64,000 bases of DNA from an uncultured Gemmatimonadales bacterium (GTDB taxonomy: Bacteria; Gemmatimonadota; Gemmatimonadetes; Gemmatimonadales; Gemmatimonadaceae). Shown here piece by piece: positions 19,440 through 28,464 of the stretch. A program made the translations under genes and the position numbers. Each line of letters opens with the position of its first letter. Within the stretch, counting starts at the first letter, position 1. Where the stretch lies: positions 704,001-768,000 of the forward strand of contig CAVPQB010000004.1 in assembly GCA_963707505.1 (NCBI GenBank), read 5' to 3'. The notes below the pieces were generated by a model. It was not told where the DNA came from. It saw nothing but the letters and a program-made list of their open reading frames with translations, and searched no databases.

Positions 19440-20719
19440 GTTATAGACAGAAGTCGTCGTACGCAATTTTCGTATCGATCGTGCTGGCAGCGGGTTGCTC
19501 GAAAGCCCCGCCGCAGAAGCAGCCAAAGGTTCCGGTGATCGTGGCCACAGCGCGACGGACAGCGGTGCCTTACACGCTGACCACGAACGGAGTGGTCGAG
19601 CCGCTTCAGACTGCGGCCGTCGAAGCGCAGGTTGGCGGAATCCTGACGCGCGTTGCGTTCACGGAAGGCCAGGAAGTCAAGGCTGGCGACGTTCTGTTCC
19701 AGATCGATGCGCGGCCCTACGTTGCGGCACTCGACCAGGCCCGCGGTCAGCTCGCGCGCGATCAGGCACAGGCTGCGAGTGCGGCACGCGACTCGGCGCG
19801 CTATTCGGCGCTGGTACAGAAAGATTATGTAACTCGCTCGCAGGCCGATCAGATCGTTGCAACTGCAGCCTCAGCGGCCGCGACCGTGGACGCTGACCGC
19901 GCCGCGGTCGAGCGCGCACAGGTTGACGTGTCGAACTGCACGATCCGCGCACCGATTTCGGGTCGTACCGGCGCGTTGCTCGTTCGTCAGGGAAACCTGG
20001 TGAAGGCGAATGCATCGACTCCAATGGTTGTTATAAATCAGATCGAGCCGATTCTGGTACGATTCTCGGTACCGCAGGGAGATCTGCCGGATATCCAGCG
20101 CTACTTCGGCGCCGGCAAGCCACTGGCCGTGCAGGCACTCGCTTCCGAGGGGCCAGGATCGACACTGGACGGCACACTCGCGTTCGTTGATAACACCGTG
20201 GACTCGACCACTGGTACAGTTCTTCTCAAGGCCAAGTTCGAGAACAGCAAGTCGACGCTGTGGCCGGGCCAGTTCGTGGACGTGACGCTCCGGCTGTACG
20301 TCGACCCGAACGCGCTCACCGTTCCGTCCGCGGCGGTACTCACAGGCCAGAACGGATCCTACGTGTTCACTGTGGATAACGCGGCCAACGCGCATCAACA
20401 GCCGGTGCAGGTCGTCAGAACCGCTGATACTCTCTCCGTGATCGGCACCGGCCTCAAGGACGGTGATCGTGTAATAACGGACGGCCAGTCACGTCTGGTC
20501 GCGGGGTCCAAGGTCGTCATACGACCGGCTAGCGCTGCCGGAGCGACTCCAAGAATTGCCGATTCCGGCGCAGCCGGTGCAGCCTACCCTCAAGGGCGTT
20601 CGGGACCGCCATCGGGAGGGTCGGCCGGAACGCCGTCGGGATCTCCATCGACTACTGCGCAGCCCGCTGGAACTGCCCGACCAGGGAGCGGTACCAGCAA
20701 ACCGGGGCACGGACAATGA
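19436..20719 (+). CDS. RND periplasmic adaptor (MdtA-like)
   Basis: Lipobox AAGC, EGQEVKAGDVLFQID, IRAPISG, VDSTTGT, LWPGQFV; ATGA overlap. Confidence 0.94.
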   Translation: MSYRQKSSYAIFVSIVLAAGCSKAPPQKQPKVPVIVATARRTAVPYTLTTNGVVEPLQTAAVEAQVGGILTRVAFTEGQEVKAGDVLFQIDARPYVAALDQARGQLARDQAQAASAARDSARYSALVQKDYVTRSQADQIVATAASAAATVDADRAAVERAQVDVSNCTIRAPISGRTGALLVRQGNLVKANASTPMVVINQIEPILVRFSVPQGDLPDIQRYFGAGKPLAVQALASEGPGSTLDGTLAFVDNTVDSTTGTVLLKAKFENSKSTLWPGQFVDVTLRLYVDPNALTVPSAAVLTGQNGSYVFTVDNAANAHQQPVQVVRTADTLSVIGTGLKDGDRVITDGQSRLVAGSKVVIRPASAAGATPRIADSGAAGAAYPQGRSGPPSGGSAGTPSGSPSTTAQPAGTARPGSGTSKPGHGQ

Positions 20720-23700
20720 CCGCATTATTCATTCGACGGCCGATCATGACGACTCTCGTCATGATCGCCATTCTGTTTTTTGGCGTCGTTTCGTATCAAC
20801 GACTGCCGGTAAGCGATCTTCCATCGGTCGACTTCCCGACGATCAGCGTGAGCGCGAATCTTCCCGGTGCGAGCCCGGAGACGATGGCATCCTCCGTCGC
20901 AACGCCACTCGAGAAACAGTTCTCGACGATCGCCGGCATCGACAACATGACGTCGACGAGCCAGCTCGGATCGACTTCGATCACGATCCAGTTCACGCTG
21001 GATCGTGACATCGATGCCGCTGCACAGGACGTGAAGGCCGCGATCTCGCAGACGCTGCGCAGACTGCCGCTCGGCATTCTTCCTCCGTCGTACCGAAAGG
21101 TGAATCCGGCCGATTCGCCCATCCTGTATCTCGCGCTCACGTCCAACACGATGCCGCTGTCGCAGCTCGACGAGTACGGCGAGACGGTGATGGCACAGCA
21201 AATCTCGATGACGCCGGGCATCGCGCAGGTCGTCGGTGTACGGTGCACAGAAGTACGCAGTCCGCGTCCAGCTCGACCCCACATCACTGGCCAATCGTGG
21301 TATCGGAATCGACGAGGTCGCCAGCGCGATCAATTCGCAGAACGTGAGCATGCCGACGGGCACGCTCTGGGGTCCCAATCGCGCACTCGACTGTCGAAAC
21401 CAACGGCCAGCTGCAGAACGCAGCGCAGTTTCGTCAGATGGTCGTGGCGTACCGCGACGGTGCGCCCGTGCACCTCGAGCGAACTGGGCCAGGTGTTGGA
21501 CGACGTCGAAAACAACAAGACCGCAAGTTGGTACAACGGAGACCGCGCGGTCGTTCTTGCAGTGCAACGCCAGCCGGGTACCAACACTGTTGCAGTTGCT
21601 CAGGGCGTAAAGGATCTGCTTGCATCCCTGCGTACTGAGATTCCGGCAAGTGTCAAGATAAACATTCTCTATGACCGCTCCGCGTCGATCGAGGCGTCGG
21701 TCGATGACGTGAAGTTGACACTCATGCTCACGCTGTTCCTCGTGATCATGGTGATCTTCCTGTTCCTGCGAAACATCTCGGCGACCGTCATCCCGAGTCT
21801 CGCGCTGCCGATGTCGCTGGTCGGAACGTTCGCGGTGATGTATCTACTCGGCTACTCGCTCGACAACCTGTCGCTGATGGCGCTCACTCTCGCCGTCGGA
21901 TTCGTCGTCGACGACGCGATCGTCATGCTCGAGAACATCGTGCGACACATGGAGATGGGAAAGACTCCGTTGCAGGCGGCGTTCGACGGATCCGCCGAGA
22001 TCGGATTCACGATTCTCGTCGATGACACTGTCGCTGACGGCCGTGTTCATTCCGCTGCTGTTCATGGGCGGCATCGTCGGCCGTCTGTTCCACGAATTCG
22101 CAGTAACGATCGGCACTGCGATTCTCGTTTCAGGCTTCGTGTCGCTCACGCTGACACCGATGTTGTCGAGCCGGTTCCTCAAGCCGCCGTCGCACGAGCA
22201 CGGGCGCATGTTCAACGCCACCGAGCGCGTATACGAGAAGCTCGCTGGCGGATACGACTCGCAGCCTCGGCTGGGTGATGCAGCACCGGTTCGGTGCGTT
22301 GATGTTCTCGCTGCTGATACTCGTCGGCTACCGGCGTGTTGTCCAAGATCGTTCCGACCGGCTTCATTCCAACGCAGGACACCGGACAGATCGTCCGCGA
22401 CAACCGAAGCGGCGCAGGGAACATCGTTCGCCGACATGGTCACGCATGAGCAGCAGATCGCGGCGATATCGTCGCCAAGGATACCAACGTGGCTGCGTTC
22501 ATGTCGTCGGTCGGGTCGGGCGGCGGCAGCGGCAATCAGGGCCGCATTCTCCTCAGTCTCAAGCCATTCGGCCAGCGACTGAGCGCTGACGAGATCGTCA
22601 ACGAGCTGCGCCCGAAACTCACCGGCGTCCCCGGCATGAACGTGTTCATGCAGGTGCCGCCGGCCATTCAGATCGGCGCCCGCTCGTCCAAGAGCCTGTA
22701 TCAGTACACGATGCAGGGCCCCGACATCGCGGCGCTCGATTCCGCCGCGGAAAGAATGGAAGCGCGCATGCGGGACTTCCCGAGCTCCAGGATGTGACAA
22801 GCGATCTGCAGATCGCCAATCCGCAGGTGAACGTGAACATCGATCGCGATCACGCAGCCTCGCTCGGAGTCACTGCACAGCAGATCGAAAGCGCGCTGTA
22901 CGACGCGTACGGTTCGCGCCAGGTCTCGAACGATCTACACGCCGAACAACCAGTACTTCGTCATCATGGAGCTGCTGCCGCAATTCCAGCAGGATATCTC
23001 CGCGCTTCGCATGCTGTACGTGCAATCGTCGGCGACGGCGTACTCTCGTTCCGTTGAGCGCGGTCGCGACTCTATCGCAGAACGTCGGTCCGCTCGCAAT
23101 CAACCACTCTGGCCAGCTTCCGTCGGTGACGATTTCGTTCAATACGCGCCCGGGTGTCGGCGCTTGGCGACGCCACGACGGCAATTCAGAGCCGCCGCCG
23201 CTACAACCCTTCCGCCTGGCATAACCACGAGCTTCTCCGGTACCGCACAGGCATTCCAAGCAAAGCCAGCAGGGACTCGTTGCACTGCTCATCCTCGCGA
23301 TCTTCGTGATCTACATGGTGCTTGGCATTCTCTACGAGAGTTTCATCCATCCGCTCACGATTCTCACCGGGTTGCCATTCGCCGCCTTCGGCGCGCTGCT
23401 ATCGCTGTACATCTTTCACATGCCGCTCGACGTGTACGGCTTCGTCGGACTCATTCTGCTCGTCGGCATCGTGAAGAAGAACGCGATCATGATGATCGAC
23501 TTTGCGATCGAAGCAGAGCGCAAGGAGCATAAGACGCCGGCGGACGCCATCGTCGAAGCTGCGAGTGTACGATTCCGTCCGATCATGATGACGACGATGG
23601 CTGCTCTCATGGCGACGCTTCCGATCGCGCTCGGCACCGGAGCGGGCGCCGAGTCCCGACGTCCGCTCGGCGTCGCGGTGGTCGGCGGTCTTGCGTTTTC

Positions 23701-23848
23701 ACAGCTCGTCACGCTGTACGTGACACCGGTGTTCTACACCTACTTCGACGAGCTTCCAGGCAAGATTCGCGAGATGGCTCACGGCGTCACGTCCAGAATA
23801 CGCGGAACACGCGGCGCTCCCGCGCCGCGAACGGCACGACCGGAATAG
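20716..23848 (+). pseudogene. RND permease (MdtB/C-like) split by about a dozen or more frameshifts; may be sequencing error
   Basis: [48 protein letters not shown] are spread over several frames, with indels between about 21230 and 23270. Confidence 0.85.
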
Positions 23849-23910
23849 TGATATAATCGTCACTGGCGCGATGCATCGGCGTCGCGCCAGTCACCCTACA
23901 CTGTACTAAC

Positions 23911-24951
23911 ATGCCGCGAATCGTGCTGCTTCTTGGGGGCATCGTGTGCGCATCGGCCAGCGTCGCCGCGCAATCGTCTCCCGTATCACACACGCTGATG
24001 CCGAGCCCCACGACAGTCGCGTGGGGATATTACGACGCAGCTGCGAAGCCAGTCCTGCACATCAACTCGGGAGACCAGATCGTCGTTGGCACGCTCATAA
24101 CGTCGAGCCCCAAGCGACTCGAAGGCGCCGGTGTCAAGCCGGCGGACGTGGAGCAGTCTCTGCGCGACATCTACGACAAGGTTACCGACAAGGGGCCGGG
24201 TGGGCACATTCTCACCGGCCCCATCTACGTGAACGGGGCAGACTCCGGCGACGTGCTGGAAGTGCGCATCAAGAAGATCGATCTGGCGATTCCGTACGCG
24301 TACAATGCGTTCGGCGGAAAGAGTGGCTTTTTGCCCGAGGATTTCGGCTACTCCAGAATGCGCATCATCCCGCTCGACAAGCGGAAAATGCTCGCGCACT
24401 TCGCCGATGGCATCGACATTCCGCTGCGACCCTTCTTCGGCAGCATCGGTGACGCGCCGGATCCAGCACTCGGCCGGCTCAACAGCGCGCCGCCGGGAAT
24501 GCACGCTGGCAATCTCGACAACAAGGAGCTCGTTGCAGGCACTACGCTATATATCCCGGTGCACACCGCCGGTGCGTTGCTCGAGATAGGTGACGGACAC
24601 GCAGGTCAGGGAAATGGCGAGGTGGACATCACTGCACTGGAAACCTCGCTCGTCGGCACATTTCAGGTGATTGTCCGCAAGGACATGCACCTCACCTGGC
24701 CGCGCGCCGAGACGCCGACTCACTGGATCGCCATGGGCACCGACAAGGATCTCGTTACCGCAACCAAGACAGCCATCCGCCAGGCCATCGAATTCCTCAT
24801 GAGCCGCGGTCTCAGCAAGGACGATGCGTACATGCTCGTGAGTGTGGCCTGCGATGTCGATGACACTCAGCTCGTCGACGGAAACGTCGGTGTTCACGTG
24901 ATGATTCCCAAGGCGATCTTCACCGGGCAGACCGCCGCCGCCAACCGGTAG
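23911..24951 (+). CDS. Acetamidase/formamidase family protein with signal peptide
   Basis: GHILTGPIYV, GDVLEV, AGNLDNKEL, GDGHAGQGNGEV, ALET. Confidence 0.92.
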   Translation: MPRIVLLLGGIVCASASVAAQSSPVSHTLMPSPTTVAWGYYDAAAKPVLHINSGDQIVVGTLITSSPKRLEGAGVKPADVEQSLRDIYDKVTDKGPGGHILTGPIYVNGADSGDVLEVRIKKIDLAIPYAYNAFGGKSGFLPEDFGYSRMRIIPLDKRKMLAHFADGIDIPLRPFFGSIGDAPDPALGRLNSAPPGMHAGNLDNKELVAGTTLYIPVHTAGALLEIGDGHAGQGNGEVDITALETSLVGTFQVIVRKDMHLTWPRAETPTHWIAMGTDKDLVTATKTAIRQAIEFLMSRGLSKDDAYMLVSVACDVDDTQLVDGNVGVHVMIPKAIFTGQTAAANR

Positions 24952-24976
24952 TGCGTGGCTTGGTATGATAGAGGTC

Positions 24977-25004
24977 CGTCATCCCCGCGAAAGCGGGGAT
25001 GACG
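24977..25004. repeat. Fully palindromic variant of the dRS3/REP-like repeat
   Basis: CGTCATCCCCGC-GAAA-GCGGGGATGACG, a perfect 12-bp stem. Confidence 0.9.
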
Positions 25005-25061
25005 ATGCATTTACGCCTCCACCAGCAATTCGTTTAAATTCCCTTGCCGTAAGAGGATTGC

Positions 25062-25135
25062 GGGCGGGTAGCTCAGTTGGTTAGAGCAGGAGCCTTTTAA
25101 GCTTCAGGTCGTGGGTTCGATTCCCACCCCGCTCA
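25062..25135 (+). tRNA. tRNA-Lys(UUU)
   Basis: Acceptor GGGCGGG/CCCGCTC, D arm GCTC/GAGC, anticodon arm GGAGC-CT TTT AA-GCTTC, T arm GTGGG-TTCGATT-CCCAC; CCA not encoded. Confidence 0.97.
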
Positions 25136-25215
25136 TTGTAGTTCGGCCGCCCCCAGCGCGCGCTCGCGATTTCGTCCTTGCCACGGACCCTTGCCGCCCG
25201 TAACGTCATTCTTCC

Positions 25216-25506
25216 ATGAACGACACTGGCGGCCTCGACTCAGATCTACCCCAGCTTCCCGACCCAGGCGTTTCCGCTATTACGGAGCGCGTCGAACATG
25301 TGAACGAGCTCGTACGGCATCTCTGGAATGCCCTCCACGGACTCAATCATATGGCGCCGGAAGGCACGCGCGACGAAGTATCTGCAGCACGAATCATGGT
25401 TCGCGATCTCAAGCGAGAGATCATGGAAAGCATCGAGCGCCTCCCGGCCGACTATGCCCGCGTCTATAATTCCGCGGTAATAGCTGTCTATTCTCTCCTG
25501 CGGTAG
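25216..25506 (+). CDS. Small helical hypothetical protein
   Basis: 96-aa ATG ORF with amphipathic helical pattern; no family recognised. Confidence 0.55.
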   Translation: MNDTGGLDSDLPQLPDPGVSAITERVEHVNELVRHLWNALHGLNHMAPEGTRDEVSAARIMVRDLKREIMESIERLPADYARVYNSAVIAVYSLLR

Positions 25507-25647
25507 GACGGCCCTCCGGCGCGGAAATTCGTGCCTGAATGTCATCGTTGGGTGACAGTTTGCAGTTCGTACTGGCGCCGCTGTGATCGCACGCCTATCG
25601 TGGTGCCTATTCGACCCACCATCAGGATCTCCTGCGGCGAGGCTACG

Positions 25648-26484
25648 ATGAGTACGAAAGATCTGCTTTCGTCGTGGATCTGTTGCCATCACCGATACGG
25701 CGGCGCCTTCATCACTGAATGCGCACTGGCGCTCGCTCTCGCCGGCTCCCTCAGTGCGCAGCAACAACCCCCCGCTGTACGATCGACGCAACCGCTCGCC
25801 CAGGCCATTCAGAGACCATCGTCGGTTCGTGGTCTCGTTCGCGACTCCGCCGATACGCCCATTCCATTTGCGACGGTCGTCTGGGGCGAAGCGCGCCAGG
25901 TCATCACCACCAGTGACTCCGGCGCATTCGCGCTCACCGACATACCAGCCGGCAAGACGCGATTCACGATTCGGCGCCTCGGCTACGTTCCGGTCGATTT
26001 CGATCTGATCCTCAAGCCTGGAACGATCAAGCCCGTCGTCGTTCATCTTTCACCCACTGCTCCCTCCCTCACGACAGTCGATGTCGAGGCGCCGCGCGCG
26101 ATGGGGACTGACACGTATCGTGACGATCGATTCCGGGCAACTGGGTTCTTCGACAGAAAGGCACATCTCTCCGGCTACTTCATATCACCGGACGAGGTGG
26201 AGCGGCGTCGGCCGATGTACGTAAGCGATCTCATGTACGGGGTGCCAGGCGTGACTTTGACCGGCCGGCCGCATACGCCTTCTGCTCGCTATGTCTCTTC
26301 GAGCGAGCATTGCCGTCTGCAGGTCTACCTGGATGGTCATCCCGTACCAGACGGAGATGAGTTCGTCTCCGGAAGCGACATCAAGGCGGTCGAGGTTTAC
26401 AGCAGTCTCCTTCGCGCATCGGACAGATTTCTTCCGTCGCCGCAGAAGGGTTATTGCGGCAGCATCGTCGTCTGGACCAAGTAG
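25648..26484 (+). CDS. Exported protein with carboxypeptidase-regulatory-like and TonB-plug-like domains, no barrel
   Basis: VRGLVRD...PIPFATV...SDSGAF...RRLGY; then SDLMYGVPGV, VYLDG, IKAVEVY, CGSIVVWTK; start uncertain. Confidence 0.8.
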   Translation: MSTKDLLSSWICCHHRYGGAFITECALALALAGSLSAQQQPPAVRSTQPLAQAIQRPSSVRGLVRDSADTPIPFATVVWGEARQVITTSDSGAFALTDIPAGKTRFTIRRLGYVPVDFDLILKPGTIKPVVVHLSPTAPSLTTVDVEAPRAMGTDTYRDDRFRATGFFDRKAHLSGYFISPDEVERRRPMYVSDLMYGVPGVTLTGRPHTPSARYVSSSEHCRLQVYLDGHPVPDGDEFVSGSDIKAVEVYSSLLRASDRFLPSPQKGYCGSIVVWTK

Positions 26485-26522
26485 CTCGCATCTGATAAGG
26501 CCGTAACGTCGCGGTTCATTGC

Positions 26523-27356
26523 CTACGCGCTTCCAGTGGATCGCGTCGCCGTGCTGCTGCCGCGTCGCTCCGGGCCAATGTATGTGCGAGACGAAACGTC
26601 AGTTGGGTGCGCATCATGTCGCGCAGCGACCTCGATGAACTTCACCGGTATCGAATCGGGATCCAGCTTGAGCAGCAGCGGCATCGCGACGTTGTAGACC
26701 GGAACTCCAGCGGCCGTCGCGCCTTCGGGTGTCCCGTTGTGCGCGTGACCATGCAGAACAGCAGCGACAGGATAACGCGACAACGGTTCTTCCAATCTGC
26801 CGCATCCGAGAAACGGAAATATTTCCGGCGACTCACCAACGACCGTTCCCCTTATCGGCGAATAGTGCATTATCGCCACACGCGGCTCAGTGCGAATGCG
26901 CGCGAGCGCGGTCTCGAGTTTCAACGCTTCGTGTATCGCCTCGTTGACGAAGCTCTTGACCTCCGCCTCGCCCCACGCGCCAAGCGTCCCGCTCCCGAAA
27001 CCGCCCGCGAATCCCTTTGTGCCCGCGAATCCCACGCCGAGTATCTCCACCGCTTCGCCGTCCAGCACATGGACTCCGGCATCGTTCAGAATGTCGTGCA
27101 GCTCCGTGGGCCTCCCGGATTCGTAATCGTGATTGCCGAGAACGGCGACCACCTGCGCGCGAATTCCAGCAAGCTCCTTGACGAGCACACGTGCCTCGTC
27201 TGGCAAACCGTAATCCGTGAGGTCACCGCATATCGCGATGACATCGGCACGCTCGGCGGCAGCGGCAAAAATCGGCTGTAGCGTCCCCTGCGAAGTTCGG
27301 CTGCAGTGGATGTCGCTCATCGCGGCAATTCGCACGCGGTCGGGATAAATGGGCAT
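26523..27356 (-). CDS. Calcineurin-like metallophosphoesterase
   Basis: SDIH, GDLTD, LGNHD, MHYSP, HGHAH. Confidence 0.93.
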   Translation of the reverse strand: MPIYPDRVRIAAMSDIHCSRTSQGTLQPIFAAAAERADVIAICGDLTDYGLPDEARVLVKELAGIRAQVVAVLGNHDYESGRPTELHDILNDAGVHVLDGEAVEILGVGFAGTKGFAGGFGSGTLGAWGEAEVKSFVNEAIHEALKLETALARIRTEPRVAIMHYSPIRGTVVGESPEIFPFLGCGRLEEPLSRYPVAAVLHGHAHNGTPEGATAAGVPVYNVAMPLLLKLDPDSIPVKFIEVAARHDAHPTDVSSRTYIGPERRGSSTATRSTGSA

Positions 27357-27453
27357 CAATGGCGAAATGGACATGGATTCGAACGGTTGTTCAGGATCTG
27401 CGAGCCCCACACTTGCAGCAAGCGCCAATTCACCGTTCAACAATCGTTCCCAC

Positions 27454-28338
27454 ATGACCTCGACTTCAGCCGCCTTCGTCGATCCGATGATGCCAGCCAT
27501 CCAACCAATACCCGGTGATTTCGAGCGTCGCGCGGCCCGACGAAAGTCGTCGAGGCGGGACCTCGCCTCGCCCGCTGCTCAGGCGTTCTACGCCCGCGTG
27601 ATGCGCATTCTGCGTGGCGCCGGCCTGGAATTCCTGGTGGGGGGGACCTACGCATTTACGCCCTACACTGGTATCGAGCGGTCGTCCAAGGATTTCGACA
27701 TCTTCGTCCGGAGCGACGACATCGAGCGCGTCCTTGCGGTGCTAGCCACCTCGGGGCTCCGCACGGATATGGCTTTTCCGCACTGGCTCGCCAAGGTGTT
27801 CCATCGACGCTACTTCGTCGACATCATCTTCAATTCGGGGAACGCAGTAACTCCGGTCGATGAGCAATGGTTCACGCATGGCCCAGCCGGCACGGTACTC
27901 GGCGTGCCGGTAAAGCTGGTTCCGGCGGAAGAGATGCTCTGGTCCAAGGCCTTCGTCATGGAGCGCGAGCGATACGACGGCGCCGACGTCGTCCACATTC
28001 TCCGGTCTCGCGCGGAGCGGCTGGACTGGGACCGATTGCTCGAGCGCTTCGGCGATAGGTGGCGCGTGCTGCTCTTCAATCTCGTCCTGTTCGGCTTCGT
28101 CTATCCAGCCGAGCGGGCGCGCATTCCAGCGCGGGTGATGCGAACTCTCACAGAGAGATTGCGCGACGAGTTGGACAGCGACGCCCCAACCGCACGGGTA
28201 TGTCAAGGAACGCTGATCTCGCGGGAACAGTACCTTCCGGACACGACCGGCTGGGGTTACGCCGACGCGCGCCAGCTCCCGATTGGCAACATGACGGCGA
28301 AACAGGTCAGCGACTGGACGGCGGCTATTGGTCTGTAA
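27454..28338 (+). CDS. Pol-beta-superfamily nucleotidyltransferase
   Basis: FLVGGTYA...KDFDIFV (GG + DxD), VDIIF, SKAFVMERERYDGADV; start uncertain (27454 or 27487). Confidence 0.85.
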   Translation: MTSTSAAFVDPMMPAIQPIPGDFERRAARRKSSRRDLASPAAQAFYARVMRILRGAGLEFLVGGTYAFTPYTGIERSSKDFDIFVRSDDIERVLAVLATSGLRTDMAFPHWLAKVFHRRYFVDIIFNSGNAVTPVDEQWFTHGPAGTVLGVPVKLVPAEEMLWSKAFVMERERYDGADVVHILRSRAERLDWDRLLERFGDRWRVLLFNLVLFGFVYPAERARIPARVMRTLTERLRDELDSDAPTARVCQGTLISREQYLPDTTGWGYADARQLPIGNMTAKQVSDWTAAIGL

Positions 28339-28464
28339 TATCGGCAATATCGACCTGTAAACGGTCGCGGGATGGCCGCACGGTGAGTACTTTGGGCTCG
28401 AATGCCGATCCTTACCTACTGATGCCGTATCGTTTGCCGTCTCGCGCCGTTTACCTTGCTACAG

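Noticed and set aside
21232..23270. Programmed frameshifting or phase variation in the RND gene
   Set aside because: Too many shifts, and no slippery heptamers or long homopolymers
25062..28338. Genomic island integrated at tRNA-Lys
   Set aside because: No integrase, no duplicated tRNA 3' end seen in the window, and no obvious composition shift
27454..28338. CBASS CD-NTase or AbiEii-type toxin
   Set aside because: No effector, Cap or antitoxin gene adjacent; motif is GG/DxD without the CD-NTase GS signature
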